Part shown: in pieces, positions 1 to 9,483 of the stretch
How the letters are laid out: each line of letters starts with the position of its first letter
Position numbering within the stretch: position 1 is the stretch's first letter
Origin: Bacteroides phage crAss002
Length of the DNA: 32,000 nt
Direction: 5' to 3' (one strand)
Sequence record: NC_055828.1
Notes under the pieces: model-generated
Seen by the model: the letters and a program-made list of their open reading frames with translations, nothing else
The model's database searches: none
What the model was told of the DNA's origin: nothing
Program-made: the position numbers and the translations under genes

Positions 1-1
1 T

Positions 2-3000
2 CTAGATGACATTAATAGATTCGTGGAAGATTATTCTATTATTGAAGCTATTCAACCTTACGATATTGATGAAGCTCATAATGTAAGCGAAACAGAAGAA
101 GAAATAGAAGGTTTACGTAGAACTAATGATATGCTTAAACAAATCAAAGATAAGTTCAAACGTATTAAAGACTTAGATAATGTAGTTAAACGTAGTACTA
201 AGATGTACTTTGATAGTTATATTACTAGTCTTTCTAGTGACCCTCGTGTTCAATCTAATATGCTTAGTATTACAGAAGCATTTGAAGATGAGAACTTCTT
301 CCAGTTTTGGTTAGCTGATAGTCAAGAGACACATATTCCAATAGTTCAGATAGTTCTAAAACAAATGATGAACCAATTAAGAGCTAGTGAGATTAGTGCT
401 CGTGATAAAAAGATAGCCTTTACTTCCGCTATTTCAACGATTATCGAAGACGCAAAAAACAACGGTATAAACGTGTCTCTGAACGATATTTTGGACGAAA
501 ATGGCAACCTTTTGCTGCCGTATAATGAATCGTTCACCGACAAATTAAGGTCGCTAAAAGAGGCTGTAAAGCTGGCTCAAATCGACGACCCGAATTGTCG
601 GGACGGTCTTATATATAAGAAAGCTAAAGACGAATTAGAGAAGTTCTTAATAGATAATGTAGAACGTGAGTACAATAAAAAGTTCTATCAAGATTACTAT
701 AATATGAACCAAATACTTAATAAATATCCTCAAACTTATGTTAAGTTAATGAAGATATTACATGAGGAAGGAGATATATTAAGTACAATGATTGATAATG
801 ATTATAGTACTCTTACTGTTCAGAACGCAAGAAGACTTGAAACGCTTAGAGATGAGTTAGCAGAAATGCGAGCTACTATTGATATGGACGGTAATTATAA
901 AGAGAATTATCAAGAAGCTAATGCTGTTAATAATTACTTATCACGTAGACGTCAGTTAAATAATAAGTATAAAGAAAGTAAACCTAAAGATGCTTTTACT
1001 ATTCGTTATAAACAAGCTATTGAAGGTTTACAATATCCTGAAACTTCTGAAACTTATAGAGAATCAGTAGAATGGTTAAAGGCTAATACTGATTATAAGT
1101 TAAAAGGAGAGTTCTTAGATGAACTAAAGAAAGCCTATATGGATACTCGTCTAGGTAATCCTTTTGATAGTTTCGTTCGTACTATGGCTTATGGTAAGTA
1201 TGATTCAGAAGGTGTTATTGATGGTACTAAATTTACAGATGTTCAAATAGCTAATCTAAAGAAACATCAGGAACAAATGTTTGCTGCTGCCGTTGGTCGT
1301 GTTAAGCCAAATGAACAGAAAGCTCAAGAATGGTTAGATAACCATGTTAGTTATATCAATACTGTTTATTATGAAGCTATGTATGTAGCTATGAATAAGA
1401 TGGGTAAAGAAGTATTTGATAAATGGTATATTGATAACCATGTTGTTAATCCTATTACTAAAGAATATGAACCGTTGCCTATTTGGAGACAAATGGTAGT
1501 TAAGGATGAAGCTAACAACATGGAATATAGTGCTAAATACAAATGGTTAGAAACTAAAGTTAAAGAGCAGTATAAGAATCCTAACTACGATGAAGTTAAA
1601 CTACAACCTTCTACTAATAAATATCGTAATGATAAGTATTATGGAATGAATAATTATCAGCAACAGTTATATAACGAAGTAGATTCTCTTCTTAATGAAC
1701 TTGTTAAAGATAAACGTAGTCGTACTTATATTAATCGTGGTTATCTGCCTAATCAAGCTATTGAACAACCTAGTCAAGGTTTTGCTGACTATTGGCAAGA
1801 CTTTAAACGTAGTCATGGTTGGTATGATACTCCTAATAAGTCTGATATAGAACTTAATCTATATAAGAGATTTAGTAATGCTCCTATGCTTCATAGTTTA
1901 TCGGAAGTTAAGTTACTTCCTATTCGCGAACAACAAGAAGGAGAAACTAAAGAAGAATATCTAACTTATGTTCGTGAAACTCAAGCTAAGAATAATGAGT
2001 TACGTAAACAAAGAGCACAGGAGAATGCAGAACGTAATAATCCAAATGTTCTTGAAAGACTTAATTCATTTATAGATAGTATGTATAACTTTAATACTCG
2101 TAATGATATAGCTAGATTAGCTAAGATTACTAGTAATCAATTACGTAATATGGATATTATTAAGAGAAATCCTAATGATAAACTTATGGATAATAGATTA
2201 CTTAGTAGAATTACTGGTAAACAAGAAATACGTACTACTAAGAGTGACGATTCAAATATAGTTAAACACTTCGAGAATCAAGTTCGTAAGTTAGTATTTA
2301 ATGAATTTGAAATGGATGAAGGTACTCGTTCTAAAGTATCTCGTGTTATGCGTAATATGGTATCTAGTAAGTTTATGATGTTAAATATTACTGGTGGTAT
2401 TGCTAACGTTCTATACGGTAAGACACAGATACAAATGGAAATGGCTGCCGGACAATTCTTTAAATACAAAGATTTCCGTAAAGGTGAGAATGAATGGATG
2501 CAGAATGTAGGTAGTTATCTAGCAGATGCCTATAATGAAACTACTAATAATGAAACTAATGCTGTTATTAGATTATTTAATGTTATTGAATCTGATATGG
2601 TAACAGAACGTTATGGTAAAGGTAGTAATCCAATGGGTAAATTAGAAAACCTATTGTTTATCCAACAGACAGCAGGTGAGCATTATATGCAGAATACTAC
2701 ATTATTAGCTATGCTTCATTCTCATAGAGTAGTCAATGTTGATGGCAAGAATAAGATAATGTCATTTGAACAGTATGCTATGAATCTTAGAGAAGAAGCG
2801 TTACTTAAAGTTCTTCGTAAGAATAATCCTGAACTAGTTTCTAAGTATGAAACCTTTAAAGATAAAGTACTTGAATCTTACGTTGAGAAAGAACGTTATG
2901 TTAAGTTTAAAGCTGATATAATAACTGATTTCTTACGTTCGATTCCTAAAGAACTAAGACAAGAGTTTAAAACTACTTATAAGGAAGATACTAAAGAAGA

Positions 3001-3979
3001 ACGAATTAAGTTTGAACAACATCCTTCATTTAGAGAAAGTCTTATATTGAAGAATGGTGTTGCTACTCTAAAGAAAGATAGCGGTCTTACTAACGATGAT
3101 ATTGCAGCTTTCCGTAATAAGGTTATATCAGTTAATCATCAGATACACGGTATCTATGATAAGATTGGTGCTAATCAGCTACAACAATCATGGTGGGGAG
3201 CTTTACTAATGCAATTCCATAAACACTTAGTTCCTGGTTATCAAAAACGTTTTGGTTATCGTTTAGGTCATTTTGACGGTATATATAATGAAACTCGAGA
3301 ATCTATTAGTAAAGGAACTTATGTTAGTTTAGGAGAGTTTATAGCAATGCCATTTAAGAAGTACTACGAACTTAATGATAGTAACGAACTTCAAGCTGTT
3401 CGTACTCTTCAAGGTATTGCTAAAGGTTATGCAGATTTTGTAGCTAATCTTACTACTTATTATAATATTCTTCCTGAATATGATAAAGCCAATATTCGTA
3501 GGTGCTTAGGTGAATGGATAGCTATTACTAAAGCAGTAGCATTATTCGTAGTTGGTAAGTTAATACTTGACGATGACGATGATTCTACGCAAGTAGCAGA
3601 TTATATCTTATATAGTGCTGACCGTCTAATGTCTGAAACTATTCAATATACTCCATGGGGTATAGCTAATGAAGGTAAGAAACTATATAGTCAACCTGTT
3701 GCTGCGTTAAGTATCGCATCTGATAATCTTAAATTACTAGAGGCTTGTTGTAGTTATATAGTTACTGGTAATCCTGATGATTTATATTATAATTCAGGTA
3801 CTTATTCAGGTGAGAATAAACTTAAAGTTAATATAATGAAACAGATACCATTAGTTAATCAAATTATAAAACATCAAAGACTTGGTGCTAACAACAGTTA
3901 CTATAAAGTTCGTAGTAGTCCATTTAGTGGTCTAGGTCAAATTGTTGCTAATATGATTACTGATGAAGATGAAGAATAA
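2..3979 (+). CDS. C-terminal part of a very large crAss-like phage protein (giant virion/RNAP-region protein), 5' truncated by the window edge
   Basis: The frame is open from base 2 (LDDINRFVEDYSIIEA...), so the GTG at 23 is probably not the real start. Over 1300 aa, ends TAA at 3977-3979. Last + strand gene before the convergent replication block, as in crAss-like layouts. Function inferred from size and position only. Confidence 0.7.
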   Translation, partial: LDDINRFVEDYSIIEAIQPYDIDEAHNVSETEEEIEGLRRTNDMLKQIKDKFKRIKDLDNVVKRSTKMYFDSYITSLSSDPRVQSNMLSITEAFEDENFFQFWLADSQETHIPIVQIVLKQMMNQLRASEISARDKKIAFTSAISTIIEDAKNNGINVSLNDILDENGNLLLPYNESFTDKLRSLKEAVKLAQIDDPNCRDGLIYKKAKDELEKFLIDNVEREYNKKFYQDYYNMNQILNKYPQTYVKLMKILHEEGDILSTMIDNDYSTLTVQNARRLETLRDELAEMRATIDMDGNYKENYQEANAVNNYLSRRRQLNNKYKESKPKDAFTIRYKQAIEGLQYPETSETYRESVEWLKANTDYKLKGEFLDELKKAYMDTRLGNPFDSFVRTMAYGKYDSEGVIDGTKFTDVQIANLKKHQEQMFAAAVGRVKPNEQKAQEWLDNHVSYINTVYYEAMYVAMNKMGKEVFDKWYIDNHVVNPITKEYEPLPIWRQMVVKDEANNMEYSAKYKWLETKVKEQYKNPNYDEVKLQPSTNKYRNDKYYGMNNYQQQLYNEVDSLLNELVKDKRSRTYINRGYLPNQAIEQPSQGFADYWQDFKRSHGWYDTPNKSDIELNLYKRFSNAPMLHSLSEVKLLPIREQQEGETKEEYLTYVRETQAKNNELRKQRAQENAERNNPNVLERLNSFIDSMYNFNTRNDIARLAKITSNQLRNMDIIKRNPNDKLMDNRLLSRITGKQEIRTTKSDDSNIVKHFENQVRKLVFNEFEMDEGTRSKVSRVMRNMVSSKFMMLNITGGIANVLYGKTQIQMEMAAGQFFKYKDFRKGENEWMQNVGSYLADAYNETTNNETNAVIRLFNVIESDMVTERYGKGSNPMGKLENLLFIQQTAGEHYMQNTTLLAMLHSHRVVNVDGKNKIMSFEQYAMNLREEALLKVLRKNNPELVSKYETFKDKVLESYVEKERYVKFKADIITDFLRSIPKELRQEFKTTYKEDTKEERIKFEQHPSFRESLILKNGVATLKKDSGLTNDDIAAFRNKVISVNHQIHGIYDKIGANQLQQSWWGALLMQFHKHLVPGYQKRFGYRLGHFDGIYNETRESISKGTYVSLGEFIAMPFKKYYELNDSNELQAVRTLQGIAKGYADFVANLTTYYNILPEYDKANIRRCLGEWIAITKAVALFVVGKLILDDDDDSTQVADYILYSADRLMSETIQYTPWGIANEGKKLYSQPVAALSIASDNLKLLEACCSYIVTGNPDDLYYNSGTYSGENKLKVNIMKQIPLVNQIIKHQRLGANNSYYKVRSSPFSGLGQIVANMITDEDEE

Positions 3980-4008
3980 CTAACTACTTAATATTACAAC
4001 TCATGGTG

Positions 4009-4050
4009 AAGTCGGATTGCTTGTGAAAGTAGTCCGACTTATTTTGTTTA
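4009..4050 (+). terminator. Rho-independent-like terminator of the + strand gene
   Basis: AAGTCGGA (4009-4016) ... TCCGACTT (4033-4040), followed by ATTTTGTTT, 30 nt after the stop codon. Confidence 0.7.
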
Positions 4051-4433
4051 TATCAAAATAAATACTACCTTTGCAGTGATTAAGTACCTACCGTCTCGGA
4101 CTGTTGTACGGGATTCAGCATTAGCTGTCTGACTAACTAGATTAGTTGCGTGTAGTGTGGAGAGCTAGGGAACTCGATTAGTCTTAGTACTTATAAGTAC
4201 TATTTCATTTAGGCAGTGTCTCCGCCCTAGTGCAAAACCTCGGACGATAAATAGAAACAAAGCTACAAGGATTAGTAGAATGATTGTCAATAGCGATTGA
4301 TTTAGCTTCACTACCCAAAAAAGAGCCGAATACTATTTACTCCGTCTATGACCTCACTATACCCAAAAAGTTCCCAAATGTTCTATCTAACGAAGAACAT
4401 CTTCCATGAACACTATCCCCAGTGCCGTTAGTA

Positions 4434-4649
4434 TTATTGTTTGAGTTTATATTTAAGAATTTCTTTTAACTCATCTTTGTTAATAGTACAAACATTTCTA
4501 TTACTTTTTAGTTTGATATATTTATTAATACTAGATTTTAACTTATATCTTATTGTTTCAAGATTATAAGACTCTATTTTTGTTAATTCTCTTTCTATCA
4601 AATTAAATAATTCAATAGTTTCTCTTTCTGTTAATTTAATGTCTAACAT
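4434..4649 (-). CDS. Small protein of unknown function, 71 aa
   Basis: Open ORF in the same orientation as the block, acidic/basic helical composition. Confidence 0.55.
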   Translation of the reverse strand: MLDIKLTERETIELFNLIERELTKIESYNLETIRYKLKSSINKYIKLKSNRNVCTINKDELKEILKYKLKQ

Positions 4650-4715
4650 ATTGTAATTAATTAAGTATACAAATATACTATTAAATTTTTAATTAACCTA
4701 GCTTTACTATATCCC

Positions 4716-4733
4716 GCTAGCCTAACGGCTAGC
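4716..4733. repeat. Perfect hairpin GCTAGCC-TAAC-GGCTAGC
   Basis: 7 bp perfect arms, 4 nt loop, immediately left of the 19 bp-arm hairpin. Confidence 0.7.
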
Positions 4734-4738
4734 TTTAT

Positions 4739-4788
4739 TCCCCCATAAAGGAGTGGATTTGCTGATAATTCCACTCCTTTATGGGGGA
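4739..4788. repeat. Perfect inverted repeat built from two copies of the dispersed CTCCTTTATGGGGGA element
   Basis: TCCCCCATAAAGGAGTGGA (4739-4757), 12 nt loop, TCCACTCCTTTATGGGGGA (4770-4788). Arms are exact reverse complements. Confidence 0.9.
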
Positions 4789-4865
4789 TTTAGCGAGCTT
4801 GCGAGCGTAGGAAAGTCCAGCAATATAATTATCCCTAGTACGTTGATTTTATCCAAGTACAACAT

Positions 4866-4909
4866 AAAAAAAAAGAACTATCAACAGTATTGCTACTATC
4901 AATAGTTCT
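4866..4909 (-). terminator. Rho-independent terminator
   Basis: - strand reads AGAACTAT ... ATAGTTCT followed by a run of 9 T (4866-4874 is poly-A on +). Confidence 0.75.
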
Positions 4910-4974
4910 AAGTTCATTCTTTAGCTCGCGTTATTATATAATATATGAATATTATAGCGGCTACTATTAGTAAT

Positions 4975-5160
4975 CTATCTATTGTCATCTTTCATATCTT
5001 TTTTAGCTCTTTTGTATCCTTTTATATAACCTTCTACATAAGCTTCAGTACATAGATTTGATTGCATTGGAGTACAAGGGTGATAAATACAATTCTTACA
5101 AGCTCTACTAAATCCATTAGATTGATAGGCTTTTGCTTTAACACTTACTCTTTTTGCCAT
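4975..5160 (-). CDS. Small cysteine-containing protein, 61 aa, unknown function
   Basis: MAKRVSVKAKAYQSNGFSRACKNCIYHPCTPMQSNLC...; C-x2-C plus downstream Cys residues suggest possible metal binding. Confidence 0.65.
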   Translation of the reverse strand: MAKRVSVKAKAYQSNGFSRACKNCIYHPCTPMQSNLCTEAYVEGYIKGYKRAKKDMKDDNR

Positions 5161-5165
5161 AATAT

Positions 5166-5196
5166 AAAAAGAGTACTAGTATTTCTACCAGTACTC
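5166..5196 (-). terminator. Terminator-like hairpin
   Basis: GAGTACT (5171-5177) / AGTACTC (5190-5196); on the - strand followed by TTTTTATATT. Confidence 0.5.
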
Positions 5197-5223
5197 ATAA
5201 TGTATAACTAAAATGATTATTAC

Positions 5224-5340
5224 TTATTCGTTTTTATACTTCTTCTCTACTTCTTGTAGTTTCAGATAAATACTATTACGAGCTTTAAGTTTTGGCAGAC
5301 TAGCTGCATATCTCATAGCTTTACGAATTTGACTATGCAT
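5224..5340 (-). CDS. Small basic protein, 38 aa (not in supplied ORF track)
   Basis: Manual translation: MHSQIRKAMRYAASLPKLKARNSIYLKLQEVEKKYKNE*; start overlaps the 3' end of the upstream gene (5333..5629) by 8 nt and fills the gap. Confidence 0.5.
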   Translation of the reverse strand: MHSQIRKAMRYAASLPKLKARNSIYLKLQEVEKKYKNE

Positions 5341-5629
5341 GAACTTCTTCTCCGACTTCATCTTTTATTTCTTCTTTTGGTTCAACATAAGGATTCCAAG
5401 TATTCATAAACTGGTTAAGTTCAACTACAACTTTTTCTGCATTATAAACATCATTATCAGCACTGGGAGTTATATCTTCAAGAACAACATGAAGAGTATT
5501 ACTACCGTTCTTATCTTGCATACGAGCCAAACTATTACATCTATATATCCTATATGGTATTTTAGGATTTACTACTTTAGATTTGTCTCCATAAGTTTCT
5601 ATGGATAATACATTATTTAATTTAAGCAT
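5333..5629 (-). CDS. Protein of unknown function, 98 aa
   Basis: Open ORF in block orientation, plausible composition. Confidence 0.65.
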   Translation of the reverse strand: MLKLNNVLSIETYGDKSKVVNPKIPYRIYRCNSLARMQDKNGSNTLHVVLEDITPSADNDVYNAEKVVVELNQFMNTWNPYVEPKEEIKDEVGEEVHA

Positions 5630-5646
5630 ACTTTTAGTTTAAATAA

Positions 5647-6099
5647 TTATTTAGAATTAATACCGTATTTAGCCCATTGAAGAACAAAACCAAGATGTGC
5701 CCAAAGACTATTAACAACTTCTTCCATAGCGTATTGTTTGCCAAGTTCTTCACTGTAATTCTTTGGGTCAACACAAGAAGAATGACGAACTGTATCAAAG
5801 CCAGTAAGAGTATGAGCATTAACAATAGTAGTCTTTTCACCAACTGTCATTACTTCTACATTAGTAATAAAGTTTTCAACATCTTCTTTAAGAATCTTAG
5901 TACCATCGTTATTCTCTGAAAGAGGATAATAAGCAGCATCAGCTACATCTTTTGGTGTCCAACTCTTATATCCGTCAGGATAAGTAACTTCATAACCCAT
6001 ATCATCAGGATGAGCATTACCAATTTTATAACCATAATCTACTGCAAGTGCAGCTCTCATAGGTTGAAGTTCAACCATTTTAATTCCAATTGCTTTCAT
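5647..6099 (-). CDS. N4 gp49 / Sf6 gene 66 family phage protein
   Basis: Signature-like stretch GEKTTIVNAHTLTGFDTVRHSSCVDPKNYSEELGKQYAMEEVVNSLWAHLGFVLQ matches the usual pattern of this family. Confidence 0.75.
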   Translation of the reverse strand: MKAIGIKMVELQPMRAALAVDYGYKIGNAHPDDMGYEVTYPDGYKSWTPKDVADAAYYPLSENNDGTKILKEDVENFITNVEVMTVGEKTTIVNAHTLTGFDTVRHSSCVDPKNYSEELGKQYAMEEVVNSLWAHLGFVLQWAKYGINSK

Positions 6100-6135
6100 A
6101 ATTTAATTGTTTATTGTTTAAAATTAATAATTAAT

Positions 6136-6792
6136 TTATTTTCCAGTACTACCAAATCCTTCTGTACCTCTTTTAGTAGTACCAAGTTCTTCAAGAGTTT
6201 CAACTTCATCCCAAGTAATCTTCTCACGACGACGAACAAGAAGTTGACAAACACGGTCACCTGTTTTATAAGGAAAATCATTCATAACTTGTTCAAGTTC
6301 TTTTATACAATCGTTTGTTACTTCTTCGATTCTATTAGTAATATGTTTTAGTTGACGAATAGCCATAAGACTATCTTCTACACAACGAGACAAATGAATG
6401 TTAGTACGATTCTTAAAGATAACAAGAAGCTCGCCTCTATAACCCCAATCAAGAGTACCGGGACTATTAGGCATATAAACGTCTGTTTTAGTATTACTAC
6501 TACGAGGACGAAGTACCATTTCATATTCATCAAGAAGAGCAAAGTGCAATCCTGTATGAATAATAAATCTATCTTTGTCTGCATCATATTCTATACTCTT
6601 AGCATAGACATCACAACAAGCATCTCCTTCTTTACCATAAGTAGGTAATGGAACAGATTTATCTTCACGCCATACTTTAACAGAGACATTATCAATGTCT
6701 CGTTCTAGTTTATCGAAGAGTCCATCTTGAGTTAATAAACCACTGTTAAATTCAATAATAGCATTAGCTATTGCTTTACTTAATTTACTCAT
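6136..6792 (-). CDS. dut: dUTPase (deoxyuridine 5'-triphosphate nucleotidohydrolase)
   Basis: Start placed at MSKLSKAIANAI. GDACCDVYA (motif 1-like), LRPRSSNTKTDVYMPNSPGTLDWGYRGELLVIFKN (motifs 2-3), C-terminal RRGTEGFGSTG (motif 5). Confidence 0.9.
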   Translation of the reverse strand: MSKLSKAIANAIIEFNSGLLTQDGLFDKLERDIDNVSVKVWREDKSVPLPTYGKEGDACCDVYAKSIEYDADKDRFIIHTGLHFALLDEYEMVLRPRSSNTKTDVYMPNSPGTLDWGYRGELLVIFKNRTNIHLSRCVEDSLMAIRQLKHITNRIEEVTNDCIKELEQVMNDFPYKTGDRVCQLLVRRREKITWDEVETLEELGTTKRGTEGFGSTGK

Positions 6793-6962
6793 TATAATTA
6801 TTGTTTTTAAATTTATGATAAGGACAATCAGTTGGAGTACTAGGTCTTCTATAACAAGAAGTAATAATAGTATCACTACTTCTTTCTAAGCACGTATAAT
6901 GTTTATAGAAACAACCTTTTTCTCTCTTTACTAAATGAATACGATTACCGCAAGTTCTGACT

Positions 6963-7208
6963 TTATTCTTCTTTTCCATATAGATACTTTAATAAATGAA
7001 CAAACCTAATTATAAATATTACAAATAGAACATGACCTAATATCGGAATAAAAAATAAAGTACAATTAAGAGTAACTGTACTTATTACTTCATCATCTAG
7101 TCTTTCCTTAGTAATCTTTAGTGCTATTGCAGTTATTATAATCTGAATAAAACATTCTATAACAGGGACATCTAATAAGATTGTTTTTAACACGGTTTCT
7201 AACTCCAT
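6963..7208 (-). CDS. Small membrane protein, 81 aa
   Basis: Two hydrophobic stretches (VIECFIQIIITAIAL; TLFFIPILGHVLFVIFIIRFV). Confidence 0.6.
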   Translation of the reverse strand: MELETVLKTILLDVPVIECFIQIIITAIALKITKERLDDEVISTVTLNCTLFFIPILGHVLFVIFIIRFVHLLKYLYGKEE

Positions 7209-7351
7209 TCTTTACCACAATTAATACACTTAAAAGCAATTGGGTCATTTTCTTCTTCCCGCGGAACTTCTTCTAGTCTAGCACCACAATTAGGACAACG
7301 TGGAACAGTAAATAACTCAATTAGTTTCTTAATAAAATTCTTTATTCCCAT
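7199..7351 (-). CDS. 50 aa zinc-ribbon protein (not in supplied ORF track)
   Basis: Manual translation: MGIKNFIKKLIELFTVPRCPNCGARLEEVPREEENDPIAFKCINCGKEWS*; two C-x2-C pairs, overlaps neighbouring gene ends by about 10 nt on each side. Confidence 0.75.
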   Translation of the reverse strand: MGIKNFIKKLIELFTVPRCPNCGARLEEVPREEENDPIAFKCINCGKEWS

Positions 7352-8430
7352 ACATCAGCCAATGCGTAATTAAGAGCTTTAAGACTAGTATTATAGTCGC
7401 CCTCAAATACAGTGTTCTTTAAACGAAGCTCTTCTGTCTTATAGTCTTTAACATTAGAGAAGTAGCCAGTAACAGCATTATAAGCACCATAAGCTGTACC
7501 TGCTATTTGTCTTTGTCCGACACCTTCTTGATAATACTCGAAAGTATCACAAAGAGTATTTAGTTTCTGCATAGATATTTCAGCAGCTTCAAAAGCAGAA
7601 TTGTTTCTTCGGAATAAACCGTTATATAGATTCAATTCATCTACTCTTTCAAATTCTTCCCCTGTAAGGAAAGTTGCCGACAGATACCTCTTTACTTCTT
7701 CATCCGATACTTTTGTCTTAAACAACACTTTGTACATGTCTTCTTCTTCTTCTATCTTACGTTCAGTAAGACCGAGTATTTCAGGAACAGTAAGTATCTT
7801 ACCATTAACACCTTTATTATGTCTGAAAGATATATAACTTTCAGCAGATATTTTAGCAGAATGAAGAGCGTTCATACAAATAACTCTTACAGGAGTAATC
7901 ATCATTTGTACAGCACTACCACCATCATGACTATTAGTAAAGACAAAGTAATGTTGAATAGTATCATTAACACCACCAATATTAATATCCTTGTCAAAAC
8001 TAGCTGACATGAATATCTTTTGTCCATAACCAAAGTAACCTGCTCTATCAAGTTTAACTCTACCACCAAGAGCATCATCGAAGAATCCGAAAGCCATTTG
8101 ATTTTGTACTACTTCATAACGAGACTTTACTTTCCCAAGAGGAATGTTAGAATCTGTACGATAAGTTGCAAATTCACCAGGAACATCAACAAATTCAAAC
8201 CCATTAACTACATTAGGAAATATAGAACCATCACGACTAGCACCATTATCGTGTGCTGGCATTTTGGCAGATAGCTGACATTTAGCAACTGTATAATCGA
8301 GTTTAGCTTTTACAATAGCTTCTTCTGTTGTCTTACAATCGCTAATGTCTACACCTATTTTACCTCTCCAAGCAATTCCTTTTGCTTTGAATTTACTTCT
8401 ATAACTTGAATCTCTAAAATTAAACTGCAT
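7342..8430 (-). CDS. DUF932 / TIGR03299-like phage/plasmid protein
   Basis: Characteristic order YEVVQNQMAFGFFDDAL ... YFVFTNSHDGGSAVQMMITPVRVICMNALHSA. Confidence 0.8.
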   Translation of the reverse strand: MQFNFRDSSYRSKFKAKGIAWRGKIGVDISDCKTTEEAIVKAKLDYTVAKCQLSAKMPAHDNGASRDGSIFPNVVNGFEFVDVPGEFATYRTDSNIPLGKVKSRYEVVQNQMAFGFFDDALGGRVKLDRAGYFGYGQKIFMSASFDKDINIGGVNDTIQHYFVFTNSHDGGSAVQMMITPVRVICMNALHSAKISAESYISFRHNKGVNGKILTVPEILGLTERKIEEEEDMYKVLFKTKVSDEEVKRYLSATFLTGEEFERVDELNLYNGLFRRNNSAFEAAEISMQKLNTLCDTFEYYQEGVGQRQIAGTAYGAYNAVTGYFSNVKDYKTEELRLKNTVFEGDYNTSLKALNYALADVWE

Positions 8431-8440
8431 ATCTAACTTT

Positions 8441-8548
8441 TTAATAAAGGTTTTCTTCTATTGAATCAATGGCTTGTCTACGAGTACAACCATAAGTATT
8501 CATAATTTTCTCAATCAGTTCTTCTACCCAATCTTCTACTTCAAACAT
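8441..8548 (-). CDS. 35 aa small protein (not in supplied ORF track)
   Basis: Manual translation: MFEVEDWVEELIEKIMNTYGCTRRQAIDSIEENLY*; occupies the gap between adjacent genes exactly. Confidence 0.5.
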   Translation of the reverse strand: MFEVEDWVEELIEKIMNTYGCTRRQAIDSIEENLY

Positions 8549-8549
8549 A

Positions 8550-9323
8550 TTATTTAATTATTAATGATGTATTAGATACTTGTTTAGCAATAGTAAGGTC
8601 AGCATTTAAATCTAAATTAGCTGCAACAGCTGATTTACTAGTAGAAGATTTAAATTCTACCTTATGAGGATTTTGTCCAATCCATTGAGCAAGATTAAAG
8701 TTAGTAACATTTGCAAGTTCTGATAAACGAATATGAATTGATATTTCAGTATCAATAGAGAACACATCGTCAACAGTAACATCTACAAATGAAGATTGTT
8801 CAGATTCCTGCTCCTCTATGGGGGAACTTTCAGCTTTCATGTGAGCACTGATAATACGAGATAGATACTCAATACTAAGACTTTCTTTAATTTCAGTACT
8901 CGCAAGATATTCAGTAACTATATCCATAAAGTGTCTGATAATATCAGCAATACGAACATCGTCTAACTTAGTAACAGTAATATTACGAGAATAGACCTTA
9001 TAAGTACTACCTTCAATTACTTTGTTACCGGACTTACCAGTAGAACCAAACATTATAACTGCTTCAAGAACCGCATCTTTAAGACGTTCAAGAGTATTAT
9101 TTCTTGTTTTCTTAATTTGGTTAACACGAGCAACTTCGTCACTACATTCTTTAACGTCACACTGATAACGTTTAATTACTTGAAGATAATCTCCAATCTT
9201 GTCTTTAAGATTATCTTCTGTAATACCTAGTTTAGCAACAATTTCTTCTGTTGCTTCACCTTCTTCGAGTTGCAAGATAATATCCTGCAACTCTGCTTTA
9301 ATACTAAATAAACTACTTCCCAT
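8550..9323 (-). CDS. Siphovirus Gp157-like protein
   Basis: N-terminal helical region with paired helices and K-rich IKKTRNNTLERLKDAVLEAV, followed by a short beta region, typical of Gp157-like proteins. Start could be internal. Confidence 0.6.
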   Translation of the reverse strand: MGSSLFSIKAELQDIILQLEEGEATEEIVAKLGITEDNLKDKIGDYLQVIKRYQCDVKECSDEVARVNQIKKTRNNTLERLKDAVLEAVIMFGSTGKSGNKVIEGSTYKVYSRNITVTKLDDVRIADIIRHFMDIVTEYLASTEIKESLSIEYLSRIISAHMKAESSPIEEQESEQSSFVDVTVDDVFSIDTEISIHIRLSELANVTNFNLAQWIGQNPHKVEFKSSTSKSAVAANLDLNADLTIAKQVSNTSLIIK

Positions 9324-9483
9324 TATGTCTTAATTTAAAATAAGGTTTATCTTTAATAGAATAACACATATAACTAACAGGACAATCCATAGTTCCCCGT
9401 CTTTCACAATCATGGCATCTAGGAGAATTATCCTTTTTAATTGGTTTTAATAGTTTATCTATTAACTTCTTTAGAACTTTCAT
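9313..9483 (-). CDS. Small Cys-rich protein (likely zinc binding)
   Basis: MKVLKKLIDKLLKPIKKDNSPRCHDCERRGTMDCPVSYMCYSIKDK...; CxxC...C...C pattern. Confidence 0.55.
   Translation of the reverse strand: MKVLKKLIDKLLKPIKKDNSPRCHDCERRGTMDCPVSYMCYSIKDKPYFKLRHNGK

Noticed and set aside
6219-6226. Additional copies of the CTCACGA hairpin core at about 6219, 9775 and 25396
   Set aside because: They share only 7-8 bases, lack paired stems, and the first two lie within coding sequence where the codons explain them.
5339-8274. + strand ORFs in the track (5339..5608, 5677..5919, 6010..6351, 6352..6648, 7601..7837, 7819..8007, 8020..8274)
   Set aside because: They are antisense to well-supported - strand genes (gp49/gp66-like, dUTPase, DUF932-like), with low-complexity Ser/Thr/Ile/Phe/Asn-rich translations typical of shadow frames.
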